Source: an uncultured Cellvibrionales bacterium
GTDB lineage: Bacteria; Pseudomonadota; Gammaproteobacteria; Pseudomonadales; GM7GCV1
DNA: 64,000 bases
Direction of reading: 5' to 3'
NCBI GenBank assembly: GCA_913063225.1
Contig: CAJXYP010000009.1
Location: 27,719 to 91,718 of the forward strand
Part shown: in pieces, positions 50,256 through 60,193 of the stretch
Position numbering within the stretch: position 1 is the stretch's first letter
Layout: the number at the start of each line of letters is the position of its first letter
Notes under the pieces: generated by a model
The model's input: only the letters and a program-made list of their open reading frames with translations
Database searches by the model: none
What the model was told of the DNA's origin: nothing
Position numbers and translations under genes: made by a program

Positions 50256-51049
50256 ATAGTTGTAATTTTAAAAATTTAAAAGTAAGTGAGGAGCAGCAGA
50301 ATTCTTACTCTTCAGCTAGCCCGTTCCCCCATATATTTATTGACGATTTTTTAACGAACGATCGTTATTCTGAGTTGGCTGAGCAATTTCCTGGTGTGAC
50401 TGATACTACTTGGTACAAGTTCCGATCTGCGATGGAGAACAATAAGCGAAATAGTACTGATCTAGAATCCTTGCCAAGCTGTTTCCAGGAGGTCATGAGA
50501 GATTTTAATGGTTCTGAGTTCATAAAGTATTTAGAGGAGATGACAGGTATTACAGGATTGATTCCAGATCCTGAATTTCTTGGAGGAGGGCTACATAAAA
50601 CTGGAATTGGGGGTAAGTTAGGCATGCATATAGACTATAATTTACACCCTACTCTAAAGCTTGATAGACGCCTAAATGCAATTCTATATTTGAATGATTA
50701 TTGGGAGGACTCCTGGGGCGGAAGTTTAGAGCTCTGGAATGAGAATGTCACAGAATGTGTTACGAAAATCTCTAATAAAGGTAATCGATTGGTCATCTTT
50801 AATACGGACGAGAGAAGTTGGCATGGTCATCCCAATCCACTTGCATGTCCTGAAGACGTTTATAGGCACTCAATCGCATTTTATTATTACACTGAAGGGC
50901 GGCCAGCGAATGAAATTGCTCCTGAGCACAATACAATTTTCAAACTTCGTTCTGGGGAGGTTTTAAAACATACAGTTTATGATCGGTTATTGGTGCTAAT
51001 ACCTTCGTTTGTGAGAAATTTTTTACGTAAAGTTAAAGGAATGCTGTAA
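50252..51049 (+). CDS. 2OG-Fe(II) oxygenase (prolyl-hydroxylase-like)
   Basis: PFPHIFIDDFL, GGGLH, HID (HxD), RRLNAILYLN..WGGSLELW, SWHG, RHSIA. Confidence 0.88.
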   Translation: MNSCNFKNLKVSEEQQNSYSSASPFPHIFIDDFLTNDRYSELAEQFPGVTDTTWYKFRSAMENNKRNSTDLESLPSCFQEVMRDFNGSEFIKYLEEMTGITGLIPDPEFLGGGLHKTGIGGKLGMHIDYNLHPTLKLDRRLNAILYLNDYWEDSWGGSLELWNENVTECVTKISNKGNRLVIFNTDERSWHGHPNPLACPEDVYRHSIAFYYYTEGRPANEIAPEHNTIFKLRSGEVLKHTVYDRLLVLIPSFVRNFLRKVKGML

Positions 51050-51948
51050 TTAGATCGAGAGCCAAGGTTACACTGATTACTCCAACATACAATCAATGCG
51101 AGTTTTTACCAGCAACCATTGACTCTGTTTTGGCTCAAACTTATCGTAATATTGACTATGTTGTTGTTGATGACGGGTCGATCGATGATACATCCAAAGT
51201 GCTCTCAGAATACCAGGATGCACTAACAGTTAAATCTCAAGAGAATATTGGTCAGGTCCGGACCCTTAACAATGAATGGCTTAACAGTGATGCTGAATTT
51301 TTTGCCTATTTAAGTTCTGATGATTTACTAGATCCAAGAGCGGTGGAGGTATGTGTTACTTACTTACAGTCGCATCCTACCTGTGTATGTGTATTTCCAA
51401 ATGCAGACCTTATCAATTCTCATGGTAAGGTAATAAAAAAAGGTGTTTGCAGAGAGTTTGTGCTGGAAAAGACAATAGTCGAGCAAGAATGCTATATTGG
51501 GCCAGGTGCAGTATTTCGTAGAGATGCATTTTTGCGAGTAGGACCTTGGAACCCTCTATTAAAGCTTGCTCCTGACCGTGAGTTTTGGATTAGATTGAGT
51601 CAGGCAGGTTCAGTTGATTTTATTAAAGAAACTTTTGCGCAGTATCGAATGCACAGTGGCTCGCTGTCTTTTGCCGACAAGAGTGCCGAGACTGCGATGG
51701 AGTACATAAGTGTACTCGATGATCTGTTTTTAAGTTCAGGGCATTCTATTTCGCACTTAAAGCAGCCATCCTACCAAGCGGCATATTTGTTGGTTGCACG
51801 CAATTGCTTTTTGGGAGGAGAGACTCGAAGAGGTTTTAATTATATATTGAAAAGTATGAAGCTTGGCATTGGTTTTTTGTTTTTTAAGAAAATTTTGTCA
51901 CTCCTTAGAGTTCTTACAGCTCGACTATATTGGAAATTAAAAGCTTAA
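51049..51948 (+). CDS. GT2 glycosyltransferase; probable non-canonical ATT start at 51049
   Basis: In-frame KVTLITPTYN..IDSVLAQTY upstream of the ORF-track start; VVDDGS, LSSDD, APDREFW. Confidence 0.85.
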   Translation: MRSRAKVTLITPTYNQCEFLPATIDSVLAQTYRNIDYVVVDDGSIDDTSKVLSEYQDALTVKSQENIGQVRTLNNEWLNSDAEFFAYLSSDDLLDPRAVEVCVTYLQSHPTCVCVFPNADLINSHGKVIKKGVCREFVLEKTIVEQECYIGPGAVFRRDAFLRVGPWNPLLKLAPDREFWIRLSQAGSVDFIKETFAQYRMHSGSLSFADKSAETAMEYISVLDDLFLSSGHSISHLKQPSYQAAYLLVARNCFLGGETRRGFNYILKSMKLGIGFLFFKKILSLLRVLTARLYWKLKA

Positions 51949-53255
51949 TGGAACAGCCTTCAAGTACCTCCAAGATGTCAAAAAAAAAGTGGTTTTTCCC
52001 ACTTATAATGTTTCAAGCATATCTTTCGCTCACTGTAGTTTTATATTTTTATGGGCCGTGGCCTTGGCCGACCAGCGATCCGTTTCGTCTAGGTGTCTTC
52101 CTGCTTTTATCGCAGATTTTCATCTTTGTCGGGTATGTTGGCAGTTATAGTCACTTTAAAAAGCGCAACAACAATTTAATCGGTTCATCCGTTGGGAATG
52201 CGCTGAACGCTCAGCGTCTAAGTATGATTGTAACAGGGGTTTTTATAGCACCAACTGCTCTTTCCCGGTCAGGAAGCTTTATCCCTGACATGATCTCAGG
52301 AATACTGTCTTCAGGACAGGTATACAATGAGTTCCAAGCCGTTAGCGGTTCATTTGTTATTGTGGAATATGGTCGCATCGTTTTTGCTCCACTTTTAGTA
52401 GCTTTTTTCCCATTAACCATTTTCTTCTGGAAAGATTTAAGTAGGTTAAACAAGCTTTTATCGACTACTTTAATTTTCTACTGGTTATCCATATACATTG
52501 CATCAGGGACATCTAAGGGTTTAGCAGATTTTATTATTACATTCCCGTTCCTGTTAGTTGTGCGCCGATTTTGGATGCCACCAAAATCCCTAGCTTGGAA
52601 AAAGCCTCTAGCCGGACTAATAGTAATATTTTTAGCTTTTCTAATGTTTTTTGGCGAGGGTCAGAAGGGCAGAGAGGGTGGCGTTGGAGAAAATGGTGTG
52701 TTTAATGATGGGGCTGATCTAATTACGAGTGATCGCTTTTCAGGTTTGAGCGCGGTTTTAGGGGATAATCAACTAGTTATTTACGAATCTTTAACGAGAT
52801 ATGTCGTCCAAGGATATTATGCACTTGATATGGCTTTTGATATAGAAAGCAGACATACCGGATTCTTGGGGCATTCGATGTTCCTGTCTGCACAAGGGAA
52901 TACAGTGACCGGCTCAACGTATTTTACTGATAACTCTGTTCCTGGTGTTTTAGAACAGGAAACAGGGTACGGAATGTACTCTCTTTGGCATTCTATATAT
53001 GTTTGGCTAATGTCCGATTTTGGATATTTCGGGACTCTGCTTTGTATGATGGTTTTTGGATATTCACTAGCGATTTTTTGGATTGAGTCGATGTTTAGAC
53101 CTTCAATGTTTAGTTTAGCTGGACTTTATCTATTAGTTATCTTGTTTTTTTATATACCTGCAAATAATCAAATTTTTCAAAATGGCGAGTCAACTATGGC
53201 ATTTCTCTTTATTGGAGTTATTTTTGTATTGAAAAAAATTCAGAGAAAAATATAG
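51930..53255 (+). CDS. wzy: Probable Wzy O-unit polymerase
   Basis: ~10-11 TM segments with a large periplasmic loop, SDFGYFG near the C-terminus; cluster context. Confidence 0.65.
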   Translation: MEIKSLMEQPSSTSKMSKKKWFFPLIMFQAYLSLTVVLYFYGPWPWPTSDPFRLGVFLLLSQIFIFVGYVGSYSHFKKRNNNLIGSSVGNALNAQRLSMIVTGVFIAPTALSRSGSFIPDMISGILSSGQVYNEFQAVSGSFVIVEYGRIVFAPLLVAFFPLTIFFWKDLSRLNKLLSTTLIFYWLSIYIASGTSKGLADFIITFPFLLVVRRFWMPPKSLAWKKPLAGLIVIFLAFLMFFGEGQKGREGGVGENGVFNDGADLITSDRFSGLSAVLGDNQLVIYESLTRYVVQGYYALDMAFDIESRHTGFLGHSMFLSAQGNTVTGSTYFTDNSVPGVLEQETGYGMYSLWHSIYVWLMSDFGYFGTLLCMMVFGYSLAIFWIESMFRPSMFSLAGLYLLVILFFYIPANNQIFQNGESTMAFLFIGVIFVLKKIQRKI

Positions 53256-53287
53256 AAAGATAACTGGGGCAAGGAGCATAGGATACT

Positions 53288-54112
53288 ATGAATAAAAAGT
53301 TGGTGAATTTAATCCGGGAAAAATTGGAATCTGAAAGTCTCACCTTGTCAGAGAAATTTCAAGAATCATCTCGCCATGTAGGAGTGCGATATGTGGCGAT
53401 TGATGATTTACTACCCATCGAGCTTTGTAATGAAATATATTTAAAATTTCCGAAAGTTGACAAAATGCGATTCATGTCGTCTTTCAGAGAGCAAAAATAT
53501 ACTAGCAAAAACTTTGATGAATTCGACCCTATTTTAGCCGAAATAACTTTCGCACTTCAAGATCCCGAGGTTGTAAGGTTGATAGAGACTATAACGGGTA
53601 TCGAGGATCAGTCGGCGGACCCTTCTCTGTATGCTGGCGGTTTAAGCGCCATGACTAAGGATAATTTTTTAGGCCCTCATATTGATAATTCCCATGATGG
53701 TAATAGACAGCTTTATAGAACCCTTAATTTACTCTTCTACGTTACCCCAGATTGGGATGTTGAGTATGGCGGAAATCTACAGCTGTGGGACCAAAAGGTT
53801 AAAAATAATGTCACCATACATAGTAAATTTAACCGTCTCGTGCTGATGGAAACAACGCCCACGTCATGGCACTCTGTCAGTCGAGTTGAAAGCGCGCGCG
53901 CTCGTTACTGCGTCTCAAATTATTATTTTTCAGCTCAATCTCCTACAGGAAGAGAGTACTCCAACGTCACAAGTTTCAGTGCTTTACCGTCGCAGCGATT
54001 ACTTAGGATATGGTCAAAGTTAGATTCGTTTGCTCGTCAAATGGTGAGGTCTTTTAAACCTGGCGGTGTTGGTAAAAAGGATATATTTGAGAGCTCAAAA
54101 ATTGGAAAGTAG
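53288..54112 (+). CDS. 2OG-Fe(II) oxygenase (second copy)
   Basis: IDDLLP, DPSLYAGGLS, PHIDNSH, RTLNLLFY, GGNLQLWD, SWHSV, RYCVSNYY. Confidence 0.88.
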   Translation: MNKKLVNLIREKLESESLTLSEKFQESSRHVGVRYVAIDDLLPIELCNEIYLKFPKVDKMRFMSSFREQKYTSKNFDEFDPILAEITFALQDPEVVRLIETITGIEDQSADPSLYAGGLSAMTKDNFLGPHIDNSHDGNRQLYRTLNLLFYVTPDWDVEYGGNLQLWDQKVKNNVTIHSKFNRLVLMETTPTSWHSVSRVESARARYCVSNYYFSAQSPTGREYSNVTSFSALPSQRLLRIWSKLDSFARQMVRSFKPGGVGKKDIFESSKIGK

Positions 54113-54286
54113 AGTCATTTTTTATGCTCCAAATTAGATGTTGGTTTCGCAATTCCTCACCCAAATAGTCTGATTAAAGGCTAGTCGAAAGTGATTGCTC
54201 TCTACCGACGCCATTGCTCTGGTGCCTTAGCAGAGATGATGTAGTTTTTAAATTGGGAAGTTTTTAGTTAACTATCACGGAAGTAA

Positions 54287-55375
54287 TTGATCTTGGTACA
54301 CAAAAATAGAAAGGTTTTGTTGAACTCGTTTGGCGTTCATGCTGGTGGAGGACTGGTGCTCCTTAAAGAATTGATGTGTGAGCTTCGAGGCTATATCGAT
54401 GTTGCGCTGCTCGATGGGCGCATTAAGCACCTATTCGATGAGTTCGATCAGGGGTCTAAATTAATCTTTGTCCAGCCGTCATTAATAACTCGAGTTCTAA
54501 ATTTTTGGAAGTTAGCAAGTAGATGTGAAAAAGGTCAGGTTTTGTTTTGTTTTAATTCTCTTCCGCCTTGGAGAAAGTGCTGTGGTTATGTGATAACTTA
54601 TGTGCATGCTCCACATTTTGCCAATATCCATATTGGTGTGAAATATCAATTCAAAGCACGTTTGAGACATTTGCTTGAACGGTGCTGGTTTAAATTATTT
54701 TCGCAAAATGTGGATGAGATATGGGTCCAAACTGCGTCTATGTCGTCCGCGATGAAGAGTCAGTTCCCAGGTATGAAGATTAGGCAAGTGCCGTTTGTCG
54801 ATGATCATTTAAATAAAATTTTAAGCCAAAATGATCGTCAGATTACACCCCTCCCTTCTGGAAAAAGTGATCAGCAGTATAAATTCTTTTATCCAGCTGA
54901 TGGAGTGGGCCATAAGAACCATGTTGCCTTACTTAAGGCATGGGAGCTTCTCTCTCAGAGAGGTTTTTCTCCTGTTCTCACGCTTACGTTGAGTAATTTT
55001 GAATATGACAGGCTTGTGAACGAAAGCGGAATTATAATCGCTAAGAATTTAAATATAAAGAATGTTGGTCATATCAGTAGGAGCGGCGTGTTAAATATAT
55101 TAAGTTCTAGTTCAGCTCTTATTTTCCCTTCATTAGCAGAAACCCTAGGAATTCCTTTGTTGGAGGCCACTGCCCTAGGCGTGCCTATTGTTGCATCAGA
55201 ATTTGATTACGTAAGAGACATTGCGAGTCCTATCGAAACATTTAATCCACACTCACCAGTATCAATTGCCGATGCAGTGCAAAGATTTGTGGGTTTTGAA
55301 AGAGCATTGGATACGAAGTTTTTTTCTGCCAAAGATTTTGTTGAGGAAATTCTTAATGTCAATGAACAGTTCTAA
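54287..55375 (+). CDS. GT4 glycosyltransferase
   Basis: VHAGGG, FFYPA..HKNH, FPSLAETLGIPLLEA. Confidence 0.85.
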   Translation: MILVHKNRKVLLNSFGVHAGGGLVLLKELMCELRGYIDVALLDGRIKHLFDEFDQGSKLIFVQPSLITRVLNFWKLASRCEKGQVLFCFNSLPPWRKCCGYVITYVHAPHFANIHIGVKYQFKARLRHLLERCWFKLFSQNVDEIWVQTASMSSAMKSQFPGMKIRQVPFVDDHLNKILSQNDRQITPLPSGKSDQQYKFFYPADGVGHKNHVALLKAWELLSQRGFSPVLTLTLSNFEYDRLVNESGIIIAKNLNIKNVGHISRSGVLNILSSSSALIFPSLAETLGIPLLEATALGVPIVASEFDYVRDIASPIETFNPHSPVSIADAVQRFVGFERALDTKFFSAKDFVEEILNVNEQF

Positions 55376-55417
55376 TAACAAATTCATTTCATGGTCATTA
55401 GTTAAAGGATCGTATCG

Positions 55418-56296
55418 GTGGAAATTTTGAATAGAAGTAATAAGCATGTCTTAGTTTTAGGTGCCTCTGGAATGTTGGGTAATGCGGTGACTCGGTACTT
55501 TTTCCAGGAGACCGATTTCCTGGTAACGGGGGCGGTGCGCTCAAAAGACAGCATAGGTCTTTTCCCGCAAAACTTGCAGGAACATATCGTTTGGGGGGTT
55601 GATGTTGACTATTTTGATACTGTGCGTGGATTTATCAAGGAACAGCAGCCAGATATTGTTATTAACTGTGTCGGGCTGGTGAAGCAATTATCGGATGCGA
55701 ACGACCCTCTCATAGCGTTGCCTATTAATTCACTTTTTCCTCACATTTTGGCGCGATGTTGTGCTGAGTTTGGTGCTCGGGTAATTCATATGAGCACAGA
55801 TTGTGTATTTAGTGGTTCCAAGGGTGGATATTTAGACAATGACATTCCGGACGCTCACGATTTATATGGAGTGAGTAAGCGCCTTGGCGAGGTCGATTAT
55901 CCCAATGCGGTAACTCTTCGCACGTCTATAATTGGCCATGAACTCGATGGGAATCGTAGCCTGATCGATTGGTTTCTTTCTCAAGAGGGGAGTGTTAAAG
56001 GCTTTAGTGAGGCTGTTTTTTCTGGTCTGCCAACTGTAGAAATAGCTCGTATAATTAAGGATTATGTAATTCCAAATAAAGAGCTTCGAGGTCTATACCA
56101 TGTGTCAGCGGAGCCAATTAACAAATATGACCTACTGTCCTTAGTTGCGGATATTTACGGCCATAATACTAAAATAATCAAAGATACCTATTTCAAAATT
56201 GATCGTTCGCTTGATTCTTCTCGATTTCGGGCTGTTACAGGTTTTAAGCCAGATCCGTGGCATGAAATGATAATTACGATGAAAAATTTCGGTTAA
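55418..56296 (+). CDS. RmlD-like NAD(P)-dependent sugar-nucleotide reductase (QnlA/WbvR-like)
   Basis: LVLGASGMLG, INCVGLVKQ, STDCVFSG, YGVSK, LRTSIIG. Confidence 0.82.
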   Translation: MEILNRSNKHVLVLGASGMLGNAVTRYFFQETDFLVTGAVRSKDSIGLFPQNLQEHIVWGVDVDYFDTVRGFIKEQQPDIVINCVGLVKQLSDANDPLIALPINSLFPHILARCCAEFGARVIHMSTDCVFSGSKGGYLDNDIPDAHDLYGVSKRLGEVDYPNAVTLRTSIIGHELDGNRSLIDWFLSQEGSVKGFSEAVFSGLPTVEIARIIKDYVIPNKELRGLYHVSAEPINKYDLLSLVADIYGHNTKIIKDTYFKIDRSLDSSRFRAVTGFKPDPWHEMIITMKNFG

Positions 56297-56317
56297 TTTT
56301 ACTATAGGAAATTAATA

Positions 56318-57328
56318 ATGTTTAAAGATAAGGTTTTGATGATAACGGGTGGAACAGGATCGTTTGGTAATGCTGTTCTTCGTCGATTTTTGGATTCTGA
56401 TTTTGCAGAAATCCGCATCTTTAGCCGAGATGAGCTAAAGCAAGAAAATATGCGAATATCGATAAATAATCCCAAGGTAAAGTTTTATATTGGAGATGTA
56501 CGTAATTACCAGTCAGTCTTCGATGCTATGAATGGGGTAGACTATGTTTTTCATGCCGCGGCTCTTAAGCAGGTGCCTTCCTGTGAGTTCTATCCCATGG
56601 AAGCAATCCGCACGAATTGCTTAGGCGCTGACAATGTTATGTCTGCTGCCATAGCTTGTGGCGTGGAGAGAGTTGTTGTGCTTAGTACAGATAAAGCTGT
56701 ATACCCCATCAACGCGATGGGTATGTCCAAAGCTATGATGGAAAGACTTATGGTTGCCAAAGCGCGAATGCGACGACCAGGTGAGACAGTCCTATGCGCC
56801 ACAAGATATGGCAACGTTATGGCCTCGCGAGGTTCGGTTATCCCTCTTTTTATTGATCAGATGAAAAAAAACAAAACGCTCACGGTGACAGATCCGAGTA
56901 TGACGAGGTTTCTAATGTCATTAGATGACTCTGTGGATCTGGTTATTCATGCATTTAAAAATGCTGATCAGGGCGATATTTTCGTGCAAAAGGCTCCGGC
57001 ATCTACCGTTCAGGATCTGGCGCAGGCTTTAAAGGAATTATTCCGTTCAGATTCAGACATAAAAATAATTGGGACCCGTCATGGTGAAAAGCTGTATGAG
57101 TCCTTGCTCTCTAGAGAAGAAATGGCAAAAGCAGAGGATATGGAGCGTTACTATCGGGTGCCCATAGATGGACGAGACCTAAATTACAATAAATTTTTCG
57201 TTGACGGCGCGGCGAGCGTATCTTGCGCCGATGACTATACTTCGCATAATACTACACGGCTCGATGTTTCGGGAGTTAAGGAGTTGTTAATGAAGCTCCC
57301 TTTAATCAGGAGTGCCCTAAATGCTTAA
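56318..57328 (+). CDS. fnlA: UDP-GlcNAc 4,6-dehydratase/5-epimerase (FnlA/WbjB/CapE type)
   Basis: ITGGTGSFG, FSRDELKQ, HAAALKQVPSCEFYP, STDKAVYPINAMG, RYGNVMASRGSV. Confidence 0.9.
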   Translation: MFKDKVLMITGGTGSFGNAVLRRFLDSDFAEIRIFSRDELKQENMRISINNPKVKFYIGDVRNYQSVFDAMNGVDYVFHAAALKQVPSCEFYPMEAIRTNCLGADNVMSAAIACGVERVVVLSTDKAVYPINAMGMSKAMMERLMVAKARMRRPGETVLCATRYGNVMASRGSVIPLFIDQMKKNKTLTVTDPSMTRFLMSLDDSVDLVIHAFKNADQGDIFVQKAPASTVQDLAQALKELFRSDSDIKIIGTRHGEKLYESLLSREEMAKAEDMERYYRVPIDGRDLNYNKFFVDGAASVSCADDYTSHNTTRLDVSGVKELLMKLPLIRSALNA

Positions 57329-58460
57329 AGTAATGACTATAGTGGGTACACGGCCAGAAATCATCAGGCTCTCGAGAACTGTTAGTAAGTTAGATCAGTT
57401 TTGTGAGCATGTTCTAGTTCATACGGGTCAAAATTATGACTACGAACTCAATGAAGTTTTCTTCAGTGACTTAGGGATTCGAAAGCCTGACATATTTTTA
57501 GAGGCCGCCGGCAAAAATGCCGCAGAAACAATTGGGCAGGTCATTATTGCAGCTGACCAAGCCATGGAAGATTTCAAGCCTGATGCTCTATTACTACTTG
57601 GCGACACTAACAGTAGTTTGTCTGCTATTCCTGCTAAACGTAGAAAAATTCCCATATTTCATATGGAAGCCGGTAATCGTTGCTTTGATTTCCGTGTGCC
57701 AGAGGAAATCAATCGTAGGATAGTTGATCATACTGCTGACATAAATTTGACATACAGTGAAATTGCTAGAGATTATCTTCTAAGGGAAGGACTTCCCCCA
57801 GACCAAGTGATAAAAACTGGTAGTCCCATGCGCGAGGTTCTTGACTATTATGCTTCGGAAATAGATTGCTCAGATATCATTAACAAGCTAGGTTTAGTTC
57901 CTCACCAATATTTTATAGTAAGTTCGCATCGTGAAGAAAATGTAGATTCACCTGAAAATCTTATTAGACTAGTCAACATATTAAATGATTTAGCTACGCG
58001 CTATCAAAGTCCTATTATATTTTCCACCCATCCTCGCACTCGAAAGCGGCTTGAGAGTCTTGGTGTGGAGACAAACCCGTTGATACAGTTTCTAAAGCCA
58101 TTTGGATTTTTTGATTATATAAAGCTTCAGGTGGAATCTAGATACGTACTTTCAGATAGTGGCACCATCACAGAGGAATCCTCGATACTCAATTTCCCAG
58201 CGTTAAATATACGTGAGGTTCACGAACGCCCTGAAGGTTTTGAGGAAGCTTCGGTAATAATGGTTGGGTTAAATTTAGATACCGTTATTCAAGCATTAAA
58301 TGTTCTGGATTCACAGCCAAGAGGAGCTTCTCGATTATTGAGACTAGTGGATGATTATGCCCCCCAAAATGTTTCTGACAAGGTGCTGCGGATTATTTTG
58401 AGCTACACCGATTTTGTCAATAGAAAGGTTTGGCACAAATTGGACAAGGGTGGTTTATAA
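57321..58460 (+). CDS. UDP-2-acetamido-2,6-dideoxy-L-hexose 2-epimerase (FnlC/WbjD or QnlB type)
   Basis: GTRPEIIRLS, HTGQNYDYEL, LGDTNS, HMEAGNR, SDSGTITEE. Confidence 0.88.
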   Translation: MLKVMTIVGTRPEIIRLSRTVSKLDQFCEHVLVHTGQNYDYELNEVFFSDLGIRKPDIFLEAAGKNAAETIGQVIIAADQAMEDFKPDALLLLGDTNSSLSAIPAKRRKIPIFHMEAGNRCFDFRVPEEINRRIVDHTADINLTYSEIARDYLLREGLPPDQVIKTGSPMREVLDYYASEIDCSDIINKLGLVPHQYFIVSSHREENVDSPENLIRLVNILNDLATRYQSPIIFSTHPRTRKRLESLGVETNPLIQFLKPFGFFDYIKLQVESRYVLSDSGTITEESSILNFPALNIREVHERPEGFEEASVIMVGLNLDTVIQALNVLDSQPRGASRLLRLVDDYAPQNVSDKVLRIILSYTDFVNRKVWHKLDKGGL

Positions 58461-58466
58461 AGCTCT

Positions 58467-59660
58467 ATGCGGATCGCCATTGTTGCAGACGCTTATCCTC
58501 CGATGCAGAGTTCTGCAGCTGTTATGTTGCAAGACATAGCTATTGAGTTTCGCGCCCAGGGTCATGAGCCGGTTGTCATTATCCCTGCTCCCGATATAAG
58601 GGATTCGGTTGTTAGATCGATCATCAAGGGCATAGAGGTTCTTCGAGTGCCGTGCCCACCAACAAAAGACATAAATTATTTTCAGCGGACCCTTTGTGAA
58701 CTTTATATGCCGTTCGCAATGAAGCGACGCTTAAATAAAAGTGGCTTTTTATCAATCAAGTTGGATGGAATAGTTTGGTATTCACCCTCTATCTTTCACG
58801 GGCCATTGATAAGGGCTCTTAAGAAATCCCATCATTGCAAAAGTTACCTTGTATTAAGAGATATTTTTCCTGAGTGGGCCGCAGATTTGGGTATTATGCG
58901 AAGAGGGCTTCCTTACCGCTTTTTTAAGGTTATCGAGAGATTGCAGTATTCAGTGGCTGATACGATTGGCGTACAAACTCCTGCGAACTTGCAGTATTTT
59001 CATAGAAATCAATCTATTGCTCCTTGCCAGGTTGAGGTGCTTCATAATTGGTTATCAGTATCAGAGTCAAAGGAATGCACTATCTCTTTGAGTGACTGTT
59101 CATTAGCAGGTAGAAAGTTATTTGTATATGCAGGGAATATGGGTAAGGCGCAAGATATTGCACCTTTTTTTAAAGTTATTGCAACTTTAGACCAATCAAG
59201 AGACGACATAGGCTTCGTATTTGTCGGCAGAGGAAGTGAAGTTGAGTCACTTAGTGCCGAGATATTCGATCGAAATTTGAGTAATGTTCTTATCTTTGAT
59301 GAAATACAGCACAGTGAAATACCGGGTCTTTATGCGCAGTGTGATTTTGGCATGGTGTTTCTAGACTCTCGGCACAAAACTCATAATATCCCTGGTAAGT
59401 TTATTTCGTACATGCATTGTGGACTGCCGGTTTTGGCCTGTATCAACGAAGGTAATGACCTTTTTGATATTATTAATTCCGAAAGTCTAGGTCTTGCATT
59501 TTTTGGTGTCGATGCTGAAAGAGTCGTTTTGGCAGTTTTGGAAATGGTGGACGATCCAAATTACGTTACTCAAATACCAGATAACTGTCGAATTTTAGCA
59601 AAAGAAAAATACTCTTCGAAGATTGCTGTTAAGCAGATTGCAGCTTCTTTAGTGCAATGA
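58467..59660 (+). CDS. GT4 glycosyltransferase, WbuB-like
   Basis: YSPSIF, LRDIFPEWA, YAGNMGKAQ, NIPGKF; follows the fnl/qnl genes. Confidence 0.82.
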   Translation: MRIAIVADAYPPMQSSAAVMLQDIAIEFRAQGHEPVVIIPAPDIRDSVVRSIIKGIEVLRVPCPPTKDINYFQRTLCELYMPFAMKRRLNKSGFLSIKLDGIVWYSPSIFHGPLIRALKKSHHCKSYLVLRDIFPEWAADLGIMRRGLPYRFFKVIERLQYSVADTIGVQTPANLQYFHRNQSIAPCQVEVLHNWLSVSESKECTISLSDCSLAGRKLFVYAGNMGKAQDIAPFFKVIATLDQSRDDIGFVFVGRGSEVESLSAEIFDRNLSNVLIFDEIQHSEIPGLYAQCDFGMVFLDSRHKTHNIPGKFISYMHCGLPVLACINEGNDLFDIINSESLGLAFFGVDAERVVLAVLEMVDDPNYVTQIPDNCRILAKEKYSSKIAVKQIAASLVQ

Positions 59661-60193
59661 TCATGGACGTTTTTTCAAGCAAATATCTTAATACTCTTAT
59701 CTCAGAGGCAGGAGTATCCGATAGAAAAAGGCAACATCGAAATATTCATCGTTCTTTTGACGAAAAGTGTCAACGACTGATTAATGCAATTGGTGTTGAC
59801 AGCTATATCGCTCCACATAGGCATCGTTTAGATCCCAAAAGTGAGTGTTTGATTGCAGTAAGAGGACTTTTCGCTGCTGTAATCTTTTCGGACAAAGGTA
59901 CTGTCGAGAAAATTGATTTTTTTGGCACAGAAAAATTTAAGAATTTAAGCGTTGGATTAGAATTACCCCCCGAAGTGTGGCATACGGTTGTTGCACTTAC
60001 GCAGGGCTCGATACTTTGTGAGGTCAAAGAAGGACCGTTTGATCCAAAAAAGGCAAAAGAGTTTGCTCCTTGGGCGCCTTCGGAAGGATCGGCTGATGCG
60101 CAAGATTACTTTGATCAATTAAGAGCCTTATGTAAGCAGAGGCTACTAGAAAGTTCGGACGAGCGTACTTTTGAAACTTATTCGATAGCTTAA
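59657..60193 (+). CDS. wbuC: WbuC-family cupin
   Basis: RKRQHRNIH..CQRLINA..YIAPHRH..WHTVV..EVKEGPF..APWAP. Confidence 0.85.
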   Translation: MIMDVFSSKYLNTLISEAGVSDRKRQHRNIHRSFDEKCQRLINAIGVDSYIAPHRHRLDPKSECLIAVRGLFAAVIFSDKGTVEKIDFFGTEKFKNLSVGLELPPEVWHTVVALTQGSILCEVKEGPFDPKKAKEFAPWAPSEGSADAQDYFDQLRALCKQRLLESSDERTFETYSIA

